Shown here one piece after another: positions 52,674 through 64,000 of a stretch of DNA of 64,000 nt. Both the position numbers and the translations under genes were made by a program. How positions within the stretch are numbered: the stretch's first letter is position 1; every line of letters begins with the position of its first letter. The DNA is from Eledone cirrhosa. Taxonomy: Eukaryota. The DNA is taken from assembly GCA_964016885.1 (NCBI GenBank), contig OZ024742.1:117180001-117244000 (forward strand), written 5' to 3'. The notes beneath the pieces were generated by a model. That model searched no databases and was not told where the DNA came from. It saw only the letters and a program-made list of their open reading frames with translations.

Positions 52674-52780
52674 ATATTCATTTATTATGGCTAAGCAGTG
52701 AGCCCCATTACTCCGAAGTTTCACAACAGGTGAAATTCCAGATTAGCAAGGCTCACTGCCTAGCTATAATAAATGAATAT
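52674..52780. repeat. Hairpin with 31-bp arms (29/31 matching)
   Basis: ATATTCATTTATTATGGCTAAGCAGTGAGCC / GGCTCACTGCCTAGCTATAATAAATGAATAT. Confidence 0.85.
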
Positions 52781-52828
52781 TTAAACTCTATTTCGTTATT
52801 GAGTAATTTTTTTATATTTGTCAATAAT

Positions 52829-53014
52829 TGTTTCTACTTTTGGCACAAGGCCAGCAATTATCCCAGTGTATTACTGGTACTTTATTTTATCGACCCCTTA
52901 AGGATGAAAGGCAAAGTTAACCTCGGCGGGTTTTGAACTCAGTCCGTAAAGGGACGTAACTGTGCTGCAAAGCAAGGCGTCCGATCCTCTACTGATACTG
53001 CCAATCCACCGCCC
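52829..53014 (-). mobile_element. SINE family A, full length, 18-bp TSD
   Basis: TTTATATTTGTCAATAAT at 52811-52828 and 53019-53036. Confidence 0.92.
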
Positions 53015-54479
53015 TTTATTTATATTTGTCAATAATGCTATATATATATATATATTCCTATATATAGCAATGTATATATATTCACAAATATTCTTAGCAG
53101 GTCAAACATGTTATTTCTCATTTTGGCTTGTGGTTTTCTAGTAGTTGTTAAAACCTGATCAGCCTTGAACAGGTAGACCTATGATCAAAACACTTTAATC
53201 ATGACTACCTTGTACTTTTGCATGCATTGCATATTGTGGGTAACATTACCCAATTTCCTTTGTTTTTTATAAGATAACAGAGTGTGACTTGAGGGAGTTT
53301 GGGCTGCTATTTCTAATGTCAAGATATTCCTCTTATTTGTTGAGTGTTGGATAAAAAATTCCATGTGAAACAGTGAAATATATTTAATGGTAGAAGACCT
53401 AGGAGTCATGAAAATATGCGTGGTCTGGTTCAAGAAGAAAGAATCTCACTAATGAGATGAAAACAAAATGAGAGGATTGGCAATTTGCAAAACAAACCTA
53501 TGCCGCATATACCAGTATGGTTAAAGAACATAAAATGTAGATGATGCATTTTTACACTTATGTTGACATATGCATACACACACACATATGTGGACATAAC
53601 TATTGTGCACACACAAATACAAACAAAATCATATATAACATACATGGATACATTTGCTTTATAGTTTCATAGTTACCTTTTTTGCTGAGAAGCTAAACCT
53701 TCAAATAACATCTCATTTTTAATGAACTCATTAAATGCTAACTCATTTCTAATGAACTTCTTTCAGCATGTTAGAAAAGTGTTTCTATACTTAATATCCT
53801 TGCAATATTTATAAATATTATTTTTGTATTAGCTAGTTGCTGTCAACTTGACACCTTCCTATTGTAAACGATTCCAGTTATTTGTAGCTTCTTCATTTGC
53901 TGCATTCCATTATTACATTCACGTTTTCTGATGACTATGCTTACAGGGATTTCTAGTTTGAATAGAACAGTTCCTTTGTTATGTTTCTGTGGATTCTCTG
54001 TAGTAGACTTTCTATAAGAATATGTTCATTTTTTTTTAACCTTTTGTTACTATATTTCTATTTGAATTAATTCATAAAACATCTTGATGGATTTCCAAAA
54101 AATATTTGATTATTATGTTAGTAGTAACATAACAAATGGTTATTCCATAAAAGTATTTTAGATGATTTTAATTTGAATAGATACTCTTTAAAATAGGTGG
54201 ATTTATTCTATAGAATCAGTGATGGTCTGAGGCAAGTTGGTGTCAAAAGGCTTGAATTATTATTTATTTACACTCTGTCTCAAATGCTAAAAAGCTCCAC
54301 TTCCATATTTTACTACAGTAATATAAAATAAGTTTCATAATATTGAAACCCAAATCTGTTACTCTCTCTCTCTACTAAATGATTACATCTAAACTTGGAA
54401 ACCTATGCATGTTTTTCACTAGTGTCATGTTCTAATATCGAATATGTTTATAAATGTGAATAATACATCAAATATAAAA

Positions 54480-54770
54480 TGAATATATGATTATGTATAC
54501 GTACATACATATATGTGTACAGACGCACAGTAGTATGTATATATATACATACAAGCACACATATATATAAGGGCGACGATGGTTGCCGAGCACTGTACAG
54601 CGTAATTCGGGCTGTTTGTTTACAAACAAACCGAACATTATAATAAATGTTCTGTAAACCGAACATATATATGTGTGTGTATCTATGTATATATATATAT
54701 ACATACTACTGTGCGTCTGTACACATATATGTATGTACGTATACATACTTATATTTGAATATATGATTAT
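54480..54770. repeat. Fold-back element with ~55-bp perfect inverted arms and a 15-bp flanking direct repeat
   Basis: Arm starting TATGTATACGTACATACATATATGTGTACAGACGCACAGTAGTATG at 54492 is mirrored ending at 54747; TGAATATATGATTAT at 54480-54494 and 54756-54770. Confidence 0.85.
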
Positions 54771-57412
54771 TCAATTTAAAATAGGGAGATATATCCTTGT
54801 GTGTTTTAAGAGGGAATAAAATAATTGGCACCATAAAACATTGCTTAATAAATGACCCCATGATAAGAATGAAGCTTTTCAAGAGGCTCACAAAGTTATC
54901 TCCTACTTTAGCAAGGGAAATGACCTTAAAACGCTTGCATATTCATTTAATGTATTTATCAAATATATATTTATCATCGTCTTCATCGCTGTTTAACGTC
55001 TATTTTCCATGCTTGCATAGGTCAGACAGATTGTCGTATTCTGTTATTAGTCAGATCAGTTCAGGTGACTCATACAGATCTGTTTTGGTTTGGTTTCTAC
55101 AGTTGGATGATGCCCTTCCCAATGCTAATCACATTACTGTGTGAGTGCTTTTATTCTGGCACCAGAATCAACACCTAACAAGGTGGACTGGGTGCATTTT
55201 TCTTCATAGTATTAGCATTACCACCTAACAGGATAGATGGGTGCTTTGTTGTTGTGCCACCAGCACTTTAATCATACACAGTGGACTGGGTGTGATTTTT
55301 GTTGTGGCAGCAGCACTTTGGGAGAACAATGTATATATATATATCTATAGTTCTTGTATATCATGATAGGATATGTATATATGTATACATATATATGATT
55401 ACATACAAGTGGTTAACGTTTTCAGCCTGAATTTGAGATATATAGAGTTCGTTTTTTCATAGTTACTGCTAGCCACTTATCCTGTTACTGAGCATATTTT
55501 ACCCAATTTTCTAAAGCTATTATTATTTATAGTGATCGACAAAAATATGAAGTATCATATTAAAATATTTACTTTAACTCTTATCATCATCTACCATATG
55601 TGTCCATGTTTGCAAGATATTTTTGAAATGAGCAAAACAGCACTATCGTAACATTAAACATTAGTCTTTACTCAAATACTACACACTTTTGCAATAATAA
55701 TAATAAAAGTATTTATAAACAAGGATACTATAAACATTTGTATTAACAAACCATTTTAAAACATTTTCTATGAAATCAATTCAAGATATTAAGAATTAAA
55801 TGAATAGTGTGTGTGTGCATGCTGGTGTCTTTGTTTAAAACGATTGGTAACATGTATTTGCTTCACATATAAACAATATATCCTTCATAAACAATTTATC
55901 CTAGAGCATAGCATTTTGACAAAGTTGTGCAGTATATACGATCCATAAACGAAATATGAGTCAGCGTTAAGAAGGGCACCCAGCCATAAAACACTGCCTC
56001 AAAATGTCTCACCCCCACCAACCCAAGCAATGAAAAAACAGGCATATAATAATAAAGAAGATAATGATAATGAGGATTTCCATCATTAGCGAAATGACCT
56101 TGTTCAATGTTTAGAAAAGGAATAAGTAGATACTCTATACAATGTAAATCTTGAATACAAGACGTGTAGTATGATAGCAGGCAGATTAGCTGAAAAGGTA
56201 GATTTTTTATGTAGATGTACAAAGACAGTTGGTAGTAAGAACATGAATGAAATAACCTTTTTCCCATCCCAGGAAGGATCCATAGAAGTGGTTGCCAGGT
56301 GATGTAATGCTGTATGTTAGCATAAATATGTTGGTAGGTAGACTCAAATGGATGGTACTAGCTTTCGTAGTACAAGAATGACATGCAAATTCATGAAACA
56401 CCCCATATTTTAAGGTATCTTGAGCATCTTTGTCATAGCCTTGTGATGGCCTTACAAGTGAAATTGAGTAGACATAAACTGTGTGGAAGATTGTCAGGTG
56501 GGTTATATCTGTAATTCAAAAGCTAAGCCTCATCACATATTCTGTGTCATTGATTCAGCTTGGGAATTATATTAATGATATACATGTGTAGAATAGTCAA
56601 CCACATACACATTCATTCAGATGATCAAACAACTGAATCCTCATCATGTAAAACCAGCAAAGGATTCATCAAGTATATAGGTGTATATGTAATGTATATT
56701 CCTGTTTATATTGTAAACGATTTATAATTACAAGTTTGTCTGCTTCGCAAGAGGTCTCACATCTTAATGTTATAATCTTCACATATAAGTGTGTGTTTGG
56801 TTGTGTGTAATGTAAATATCTATATGCATATATTTTTATATGCATATGAATGAGGATGTGTAAGTAAGTTTATATTGTAAATAGTTTGCTACTGCAAATG
56901 TATTTGGTCACTGATATTTGCAATTATCTGCCTTTCATGAGGAGGCTGTATTAATCTTAAAATATTGTGTTTCATTGTTTATCATTGATTGAGAAATGTC
57001 TATATGTGGCAAACTGGCAAAGCTGTTAGAACGTTGGATAGAAAGCTTTGTTGTATTTGTTCCATCTCTCTCTGCTCTGAGTTCAAATCCTATCAAGGTC
57101 AACTTGCCTTTCATCCTTAAAAAAGAGTATCAGTCCAGTACTGTATTCGATTCTCCCTCTATATTTCTTTCTCACTTCCTCTCTTTCGCTGTAAAAAAAT
57201 CAACTGTGTTCAGACCTAGAGAAGGGATGGGTTCCACTGGGTTTAAAGTAACCAAGACATACCATATGTCACAATTGCATCCCTACAACACCATCAGAAG
57301 TTACAGGTCCTTACATACATATGACATGCTTATAAAATTATTGCAAAAGATATCAATTATGGACGTAAGCTACACAATGATATTTATGCATTATCTTTCA
57401 TTTATTTTTCAG

Positions 57413-57472
57413 GTAAGCACAGTTTCTGAAACATACTTAAATTTGTTGCTTGATATGAGAGCTGTAAAGTGG
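57413..57472 (+). other. Candidate recursive splice site / 60-nt exon (VSTVSETYLNLLLDMRAVKW)
   Basis: TTATCTTTCATTTATTTTTCAG|GTAAGC...GTGG|GTAAGT; length is a multiple of 3 and frame 0 is open. Confidence 0.4.
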
Positions 57473-58476
57473 GTAAGTGTGTGTGTTTTCTTTTTTTTTT
57501 TTTACAATTATATATGATATTGAATAAAAAAGAAAAGATAAATTATTCTATTAATAATGTTTTCAATATATTTTTTCATGTCACATTTTTAAGAATTTCT
57601 CCTTTCATTTTGTCAATCCTATTTCTTGTTTTTGATTCTTTATTCCATGGGAGTACAGTGGGATTGTGTTTTTTGAATTTCTATTTTTGCTTAAAGGATG
57701 CAGAGTAATGACTAAATGGCCAAGAAGTTTGTTTCACAATCATGAGTTCTCGGGTTCGATCTCACTGCATTTCATCTTGTGTCTTTTACCTTAGTCTCAA
57801 ATTGACCTAAGCATTTTCAGTGGAATTGGATTGACAAAAACTGCTTAGAAGCCCATCAAATAGACTTTACCAGTAATTCAAAGGATCTTATCATACACAG
57901 TGATACAGAATTTTCCTTGGAATTACTAGGGTGTATATGTCTGTGGAATATTCAGCCATTTACTCATCAATTTCACAAGTCCACCTTTTCATTAACCAAA
58001 CAAATAGAATCAATGATGGTATACATTGCTATATACATGTGTAGTGTAAACAAATAATAATGAACATGACAGTAGATAAATATCATAGAAAATAATTATA
58101 AAAATTGACATAAATGGAAAATAATCACAACAGTAAATAATTATGAAAACCAAATAATGATGAAAAGTAACAAGTTAAGAAAAGTGAATAGGACTCCATG
58201 CATCTGGATAGATTCAATATAATATGAAAATAATAGAAAAATACCTGTGTACTCCAAGAAGGTAGGGATCATTTCCCAGTGCCCAAGTAGGTTACTAAGA
58301 AAATAGACAAGCAATCGATTTATGATGGATTGCATCTCAAATACCAGGAGCAAGTGAGAGCAAGCATTGTGATACATAGATTATATGCACCACATGCTTT
58401 ACCTTATGGTGTACACAGATGTGGAATCGGCAGGAAAGATGCTGTCAAAGAAATCTCAGACAATGGCAGTATCTGT

Positions 58477-58680
58477 AATAATGATTTCTAGTATAGGCAC
58501 AAGGCCAGTAATTTGGGGGGAGGGGAAAGTCTATTAAATGGACCCCAGTGTATGACTGGTATTTTATTTTATTGACACCTTAAGGGTGAAAGGCAAAGCT
58601 AACCTTGGCAGGATTTAAACTCAGAACGTAAAGGGTCATAACTCTATGCTGCAAATCATGTTGTCTGACACTCTACCAAA
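58477..58680 (-). mobile_element. SINE family A long variant
   Basis: Consensus match; tail GGCCTTGTGCCTATACTAGAAATCATTATT. Confidence 0.85.
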
Positions 58681-59356
58681 TAACCATAAGAATACGAATA
58701 ATAAAAAAATTATTATCATCATCAAATGTTGTCTAACCAGAATATATCAAAACCCATGCAAAATTTACATATACAAAGAAAATTGTAAATAAAATGAAAA
58801 TAGAAATGAGGATAAACAGAAATAAAATAAAATAAGAATATGGATAAGTAAAATAATAAAAAACAAGTATGGGATATGTAAATGAACACAGACACACACA
58901 CACCTACTCACACACACACTGTAAAAATACCTGGTGGTAACTGTCTTAGAGAACTAAACAGACCAGGCAAAGACAAATAGTTTTGAGTCAATAGGGAATC
59001 ACATATCACAAATTACATATAAAATATATATCATAATATAGTTACAAAACGTCCTTGTGTTAGGTGGAGTGTGGAAGGACTTCCATCGTTATGTAAGGCA
59101 TATACATATGTTGGATATCATCATCATCATCATCATCGTTTAACATCTATCCTCCACACTAGCATGAGTTTTAGACGGGAATTGTCCCACTTGAGGCAAG
59201 ATTGGTCATCTCTCTCATATGGGACTGTCTGGCAGGTTTTCTACGGCTGGATGTATTTTTGGTTAAGAGGTGCCTATATATTGATGTCTCAGAGCACACT
59301 ATGTAAATATGAAAAGGTCAGATTCCAATAACTTCCTTTGTTGTTGCATAATTATA

Positions 59357-59567
59357 TAATACGTATTTCTGTGTCTAGCTTACATCATCAGATCATGAAG
59401 CAAGACAATTGGCAATGTCATCAGATGTAATGAACTTAAAATATTTTGTTAAGTAATCCTTACTGGGTTACTTAACTAAATCTTTTATGTTCAAAACGCC
59501 TGATGAGTTTGCTGATTGTCTTGCATCATGGTTTAGTGACATAAGCCAACCACAGAAATAAGTATTA
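59357..59567. repeat. Degenerate palindrome, 103-bp arms and 5-nt loop
   Basis: 59357-59459 aligns without gaps to the reverse complement of 59465-59567, with ~23 mismatches by eye. Confidence 0.85.
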
Positions 59568-59949
59568 AGTAATTCTGAAATAATAAAGAAAGTTATTGGA
59601 ATCCAGCCCTCTCATATTTTCATTGAAGTATTGAGCTCAGTTCTTGTGCCACTCATGAAATACCACATCTGTGATGCAAGGTAAGCATAACATTGTGTGT
59701 TTTTACTTATTGCGTCACAGTCTTCTAATTGAAATGACTGGATTACAAACCCAGTTACCTATTAGTTAAACTATGCAATGTCAATGAATTATATGTATTC
59801 ACTCACTCTACGAGTCGAGTTTCCTCAATCCAATGAACATTACTCTTTCCATTTGTCTCGATCTAGCATTATCACTCCAAGATCTATTAAATGTCCTCCT
59901 GTGTCAGCATATAGCATATCCAGATATGTTGTTGCAGGATGACCTCTAC

Positions 59950-59985
<36 letters not shown>

Positions 59986-59988
<3 letters not shown>

Positions 59989-62620
59989 GGAAGCTGAAGG
60001 ACCCCACAGCCAGTAATAAATTTAAAAGCATATTACTTGATGCTTTCGACAGTAAGGAAGAGCAATTACAGTCGTACAATATAGAGAAACAGTGGGAATT
60101 CCTGAAAGCTAACCAGCTGAAGGCGGCAGATGAAGCCTGTGGCTGGAGCAGGTCTATAGGCAGGAGGAGAGTAATGTGGTGGTGGAACAGTAAGGTTGAG
60201 GAGTCAATTAAGGCCAAAAAGCAGGCTTGGAAAGTATGGCAGGATGGGGGAAGTAGAGAAGACTATCAAGTGGCCAGGAGGGAAGCTAGGAGACAAGTGT
60301 ACTTCACAGGAAGGGAAGCAGAGGAAAGAAAGTCTAAGCATGTTCTACAACGTGAGGACCAAAAACGTGATGTGTTCAGGATTGCTAGGCAATGTGTCAA
60401 GGAAAACCGTGATATTGTCGGGGAGAAGTGTGTCCTTAATGATGATGGTGTGCTTGCCATCACTGACGCTGATAAGAAGGTAGCTTGGAAGTGTCACTAC
60501 GAAAGGCTACTAAATGAGAAGAATAAATGGAAGAAAGACAGTTTCCCCCACATCGATCCAATAGAGGGACCAGCAGTGCTAGTTGAAGGTAGTATAATAA
60601 GTAAGGAATCAAAGATAAGAAGACGGGTAAGGTAGCTGGAACTTCGGAAATAGTTGCTGAAATGCTGAAAGCTTCTGGGATGGTGGGACACACTATGGTC
60701 GCCGGGATGGTAAACCAAGTCATACAGAATGGGGTCGTTCCGAAGGACTGGCATAGCAGCATCATCATTAACTGCCACAAGGGTAAAGGAGATGCCTTAG
60801 ATAGGGGTAACTATAGAGGCATTAAATTAATCGACCTGGTCATGAAGGTCACAGAAAAAGTAATAGCGCAACTAATCAGAGAGAGAATTGATCTAGATGA
60901 AATGCAGTTCGGGTTTGTGTCAGGTAAAAGTACCACAGACGCTCTTTTCATTGTACGACAACTACAGGAGATGTACCTAGCTAAAAGTAAACCCCTATAC
61001 TTAGCTTTTGTTGACTTTGAGAAAACCTTTGACAGAGTCCCCCACTCCATTATCTGGTGGGCTCTTAGAAAACTAGGTGTTGATGAATGGCTTGTGAGAG
61101 CTATACAAGCCATGTATAAAGAAACAGTCAGCAAGGTTAGAATTAACAACGAATATAGTGAAGAGTTTAGCGTAAAAGTTGGTGTTCATCAGGGCTCCTT
61201 TCTTAGCCCCCTACTATTTATTATTGCCCTTCAGGCTAAAACAGAGGAGTTCAAGACCGGCTGCCCATGGGAACTCCTATACGCAGATGATCTAATGCTC
61301 ATAGCTGAATCAATGGCTGAACTAGAGAAGAAATTCGAAACATAGAAGCATGGCTTCGAATCAAAAGGCCTTAAAGTTAACTTGTCTAAGACTAAAGTTC
61401 TAGTTTGTAGGAAGGAAAATAGGGTACCGGTCCCATCTGGGAAATGGCCATGCTCAATGTGTAGGAAAGGAGTAGGCAGAAACTCCATTTTATGTCCCAA
61501 ATGCATAGTATGGGTGCATAAAAGATGTAGTAGGATCACAGGTAAGCTAACTAAGAATATAGATTTTATATGTGGCCAGTGCTCTGGTGCAATAAGTAGC
61601 AGCAAGTGCCCACATAATACTAGCTCATTCCATTGCACAGATAGTTCTATAGAAATAGTGGACACCTTCTGTTACCTGGGTGACAAAATCAGCAGTGGGG
61701 GAGGGTGCTCTGAAAGTACAGTAGCTAGAGTCAGAACGGGATGGAAAAAGTTCAGAGAGCTTATACCACTATTGGCCGCTAAAGGATTCTCTCTAATAAT
61801 GAAAGGCAGGCTGTATGATGCCTGCATACGAACAACAATGTTACATGGCAGTGAGACCTGGGCATTGTGTGCAGAGGATATACGCAGACTGGAGAGGAAC
61901 GAAGCTTGCATGCTCCACTGGATGTGTAATAGTAATATACGTGAACGGCAAAGCATAGACGAACTAAGGGAGAAATTAGGAATAAGAGGGATCAGATGTT
62001 GTTTACTCGAGAGAAGACTACGTTGGTATGGTCACGTGATGCGCATGAAAGACGACAGCTGTATAAAAAAGTGCAGGCAATAAAAATAGACGGTAGCCAT
62101 GGAGTAGGCAGACCCAGAAAAACCTGGGACGACTTGATAAATTCCGACCTCACACACTTACACCTCTCCAAGACAATGTCACTGGACTGAGATCTTTGAC
62201 GCTACACAGTAATACAGAAGACCCGCCTTGCCTAAGTACAAAGCGAAACCTACTACAGTCAGTAGGCACCTCTAACAAAATACACCCCTGTCCCACTACC
62301 CCCCCCCATCCCCCCCCCTTCAATGTGAAGTTATGTTGGTACCACAACATCCAGTCCGAAACAAATGAGGTCGAGTAGGTGTCAAGACAAAATAACACAC
62401 AGTCCACGCTGTAATGTGGCCATGTAGGTAACACAGTAAAAACCTCCCAGTCCACACTGTAAACGTGGTTGGTGTTAGGAAGGGCATCCAGCTGTAGAAA
62501 ACCCACCAGACAGTCCTATACGAGCAAGACAACCAATCTTGACTCAAGTGGGAAAACTCCCATCCAAACCCATGCAAGCGTGGAAGATGGACGTTAAACG
62601 ATGATGATGATGATGATGAT
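59986..62620 (+). mobile_element. RTE-clade LINE, 5'-truncated, with PHD-like finger inside RT; (GAT)n tail
   Basis: WWWNSKV, NYRGIKLID, AFVDFEKTFDRV, VHQGSFLSP, LYADDL, CSMC..CPKC..WVHKRC..CGQC and FCYLG. Has a stop at ~61343 and frameshifts. Confidence 0.95.
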
Positions 62621-63671
62621 CACATACATGACAAGCCAGTTTCTGTCTATCAAATTGGTTAATTTGAGGCTATAAAACATAACTGCCCATGGTGCCACAC
62701 AGTGGGAATAAACCCCAAATTGCATGGTTGTGACATGAACTCCTTAAACACACAGACATGAACAGTTTGTGGTAGATGTACGAGACATTAAAACTTTACA
62801 CTAAAACCATTTCTTTCATAAACTGAAATTGTTCTGTGTACTTATCTAATTAAACCTAAAAGTCATATAATCTAACTTGACAATTATATATATTGAAGTA
62901 GTTCTATGCCCATGCTTATCAAATTAAACCTACAGAAATGTAGTCAAACTTTAAAATTCTTCATTTGTAACTCATTAAACTTACATGTTAAACATATACT
63001 TGATGCCAGACAAATGTGATTAGGTTTGTATTAGAGGAAGGTAAAAAGTTACCACTACAAGCTCTGAAATGATGTTTTTTTTCTGAAAAGTGATTTTGGA
63101 GTTAGAGCTATTTAATTTATTAACAACTATATATATCATACCACAACATAATACATCTGCTATAGTGCACACACACAAACACAAGTACACCTACATTGCT
63201 TTTTAAATTTAGATCTTTCAGTTATTTCTCTTTGTTATACTACATTTTCGTAAACAAGTGTTTAAGGTGCTATATCTTTAACAATATCTTCAAACTCGTC
63301 AAAATGCCAGAAGACAATGCCACAAATTTGATCCCTCTTACAATTTGAAGATATGGGCCTTAAAAGCTTAGGTACCGCTTTTGTTCTGTGTATGAATATA
63401 AATAAATAATAAAGTGGCAGTGTAGATGTCACTACAAAAAGTACCCAGTCCACACAGTAAAGTGGTCATGTAGCTGTCATGATAAAAAGTGCCCAGCTCA
63501 CACTGTAAATGTGGTCAGCATTAGAAATCAAGCCAAAATCAGCTTTGTATGAGCAAAACACAGTCATCTGACCTGGCTTGACTCACAATGGGACAGCTCA
63601 TCTAACCCATGCTAGCGTGGAAAGTGGACATTAAACGCTGATGATGATAAGGATGACATATATATATGTGA

Positions 63672-63790
63672 AGGGATGTGGCTGAGTGGTTAGAGAATTG
63701 GATTTACAATCTTGAGGGTCTGAGTTCGATTCCTGGACTGGGCGATGTGTTGTGTCCTTCAGCAAGACACTTTATTTCACGTTGCTCCTT
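63672..63790 (+). mobile_element. tRNA-derived SINE family B (CORE-like)
   Basis: TGGCTGAGTGG A box, GAGTTCGATTCC B box and TGTGTCCTTCAGCAAGACACTT CORE-like motif. Confidence 0.7.
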
Positions 63791-63892
63791 CTACCTGGAG
63801 TTGTGACCGATAGATAGTACTAGCAACTGGAAAGACCGACGAAAACATTGTTTCCTTGGTCCAATTTGATGAAAATCGATCGATATATATAT

Positions 63893-64000
63893 GGAGGGTG
63901 CTCTGAAAGTACAGTAGCTAGAGTCAGAACTGGATGGAAAAAGTTCAGAGAGCTTATACCACTATTAGCTGCTAAAGGGTTCTCTCTAAAAATGAAAGGC
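63893..64000 (+). mobile_element. Start of another 5'-truncated copy of the young RTE family, running off the window
   Basis: Near-identical to ~61700-61808; begins right after a short (TA)n. Confidence 0.9.

Noticed and set aside
56996-57517. 173-aa ORF as a gene
   Set aside because: Its first ~140 nt are a degenerate SINE and the rest is low-information. Only the internal 60-nt segment has splice signals.
58403-58472. Minus-strand exon bounded by TTACAG and AAG|GTAAAG
   Set aside because: Stop codons occur in all three frames.

Overview
This is an AT-rich, repeat-dominated animal genomic window. The repeat repertoire resembles octopod cephalopods, which is an inference from recognition and not from a search. 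No host protein-coding gene can be called with confidence, and every long ORF derives from a non-LTR retrotransposon. The window contains a 5'-truncated L1/Tx1-type LINE (3620-7299) plus an older copy and several R4/Dong-like restriction-like-endonuclease (RLE) LINE families sitting in (ATT)n or (TACA)n microsatellites. It also holds two near-identical inverted RTE copies whose RT carries an embedded PHD-like finger, a CR1 nested in an RTE, a CRE-like fragment, about 25 copies of one tRNA-derived SINE, pogo/Tigger- and piggyBac-type MITEs, many microsatellites and several long fold-back hairpins. The main leads are: (i) the SINE 3' tail matches the 3' end of the Tx1-type LINE; (ii) RLE elements insert into the microsatellite tails of other retroposons; (iii) an RT-less, internally deleted RLE element; (iv) a degenerate minimal hammerhead ribozyme; (v) a candidate recursive-splice site/60-nt exon and a candidate 13-nt microexon. 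Coordinates were read by eye and element boundaries are approximate.
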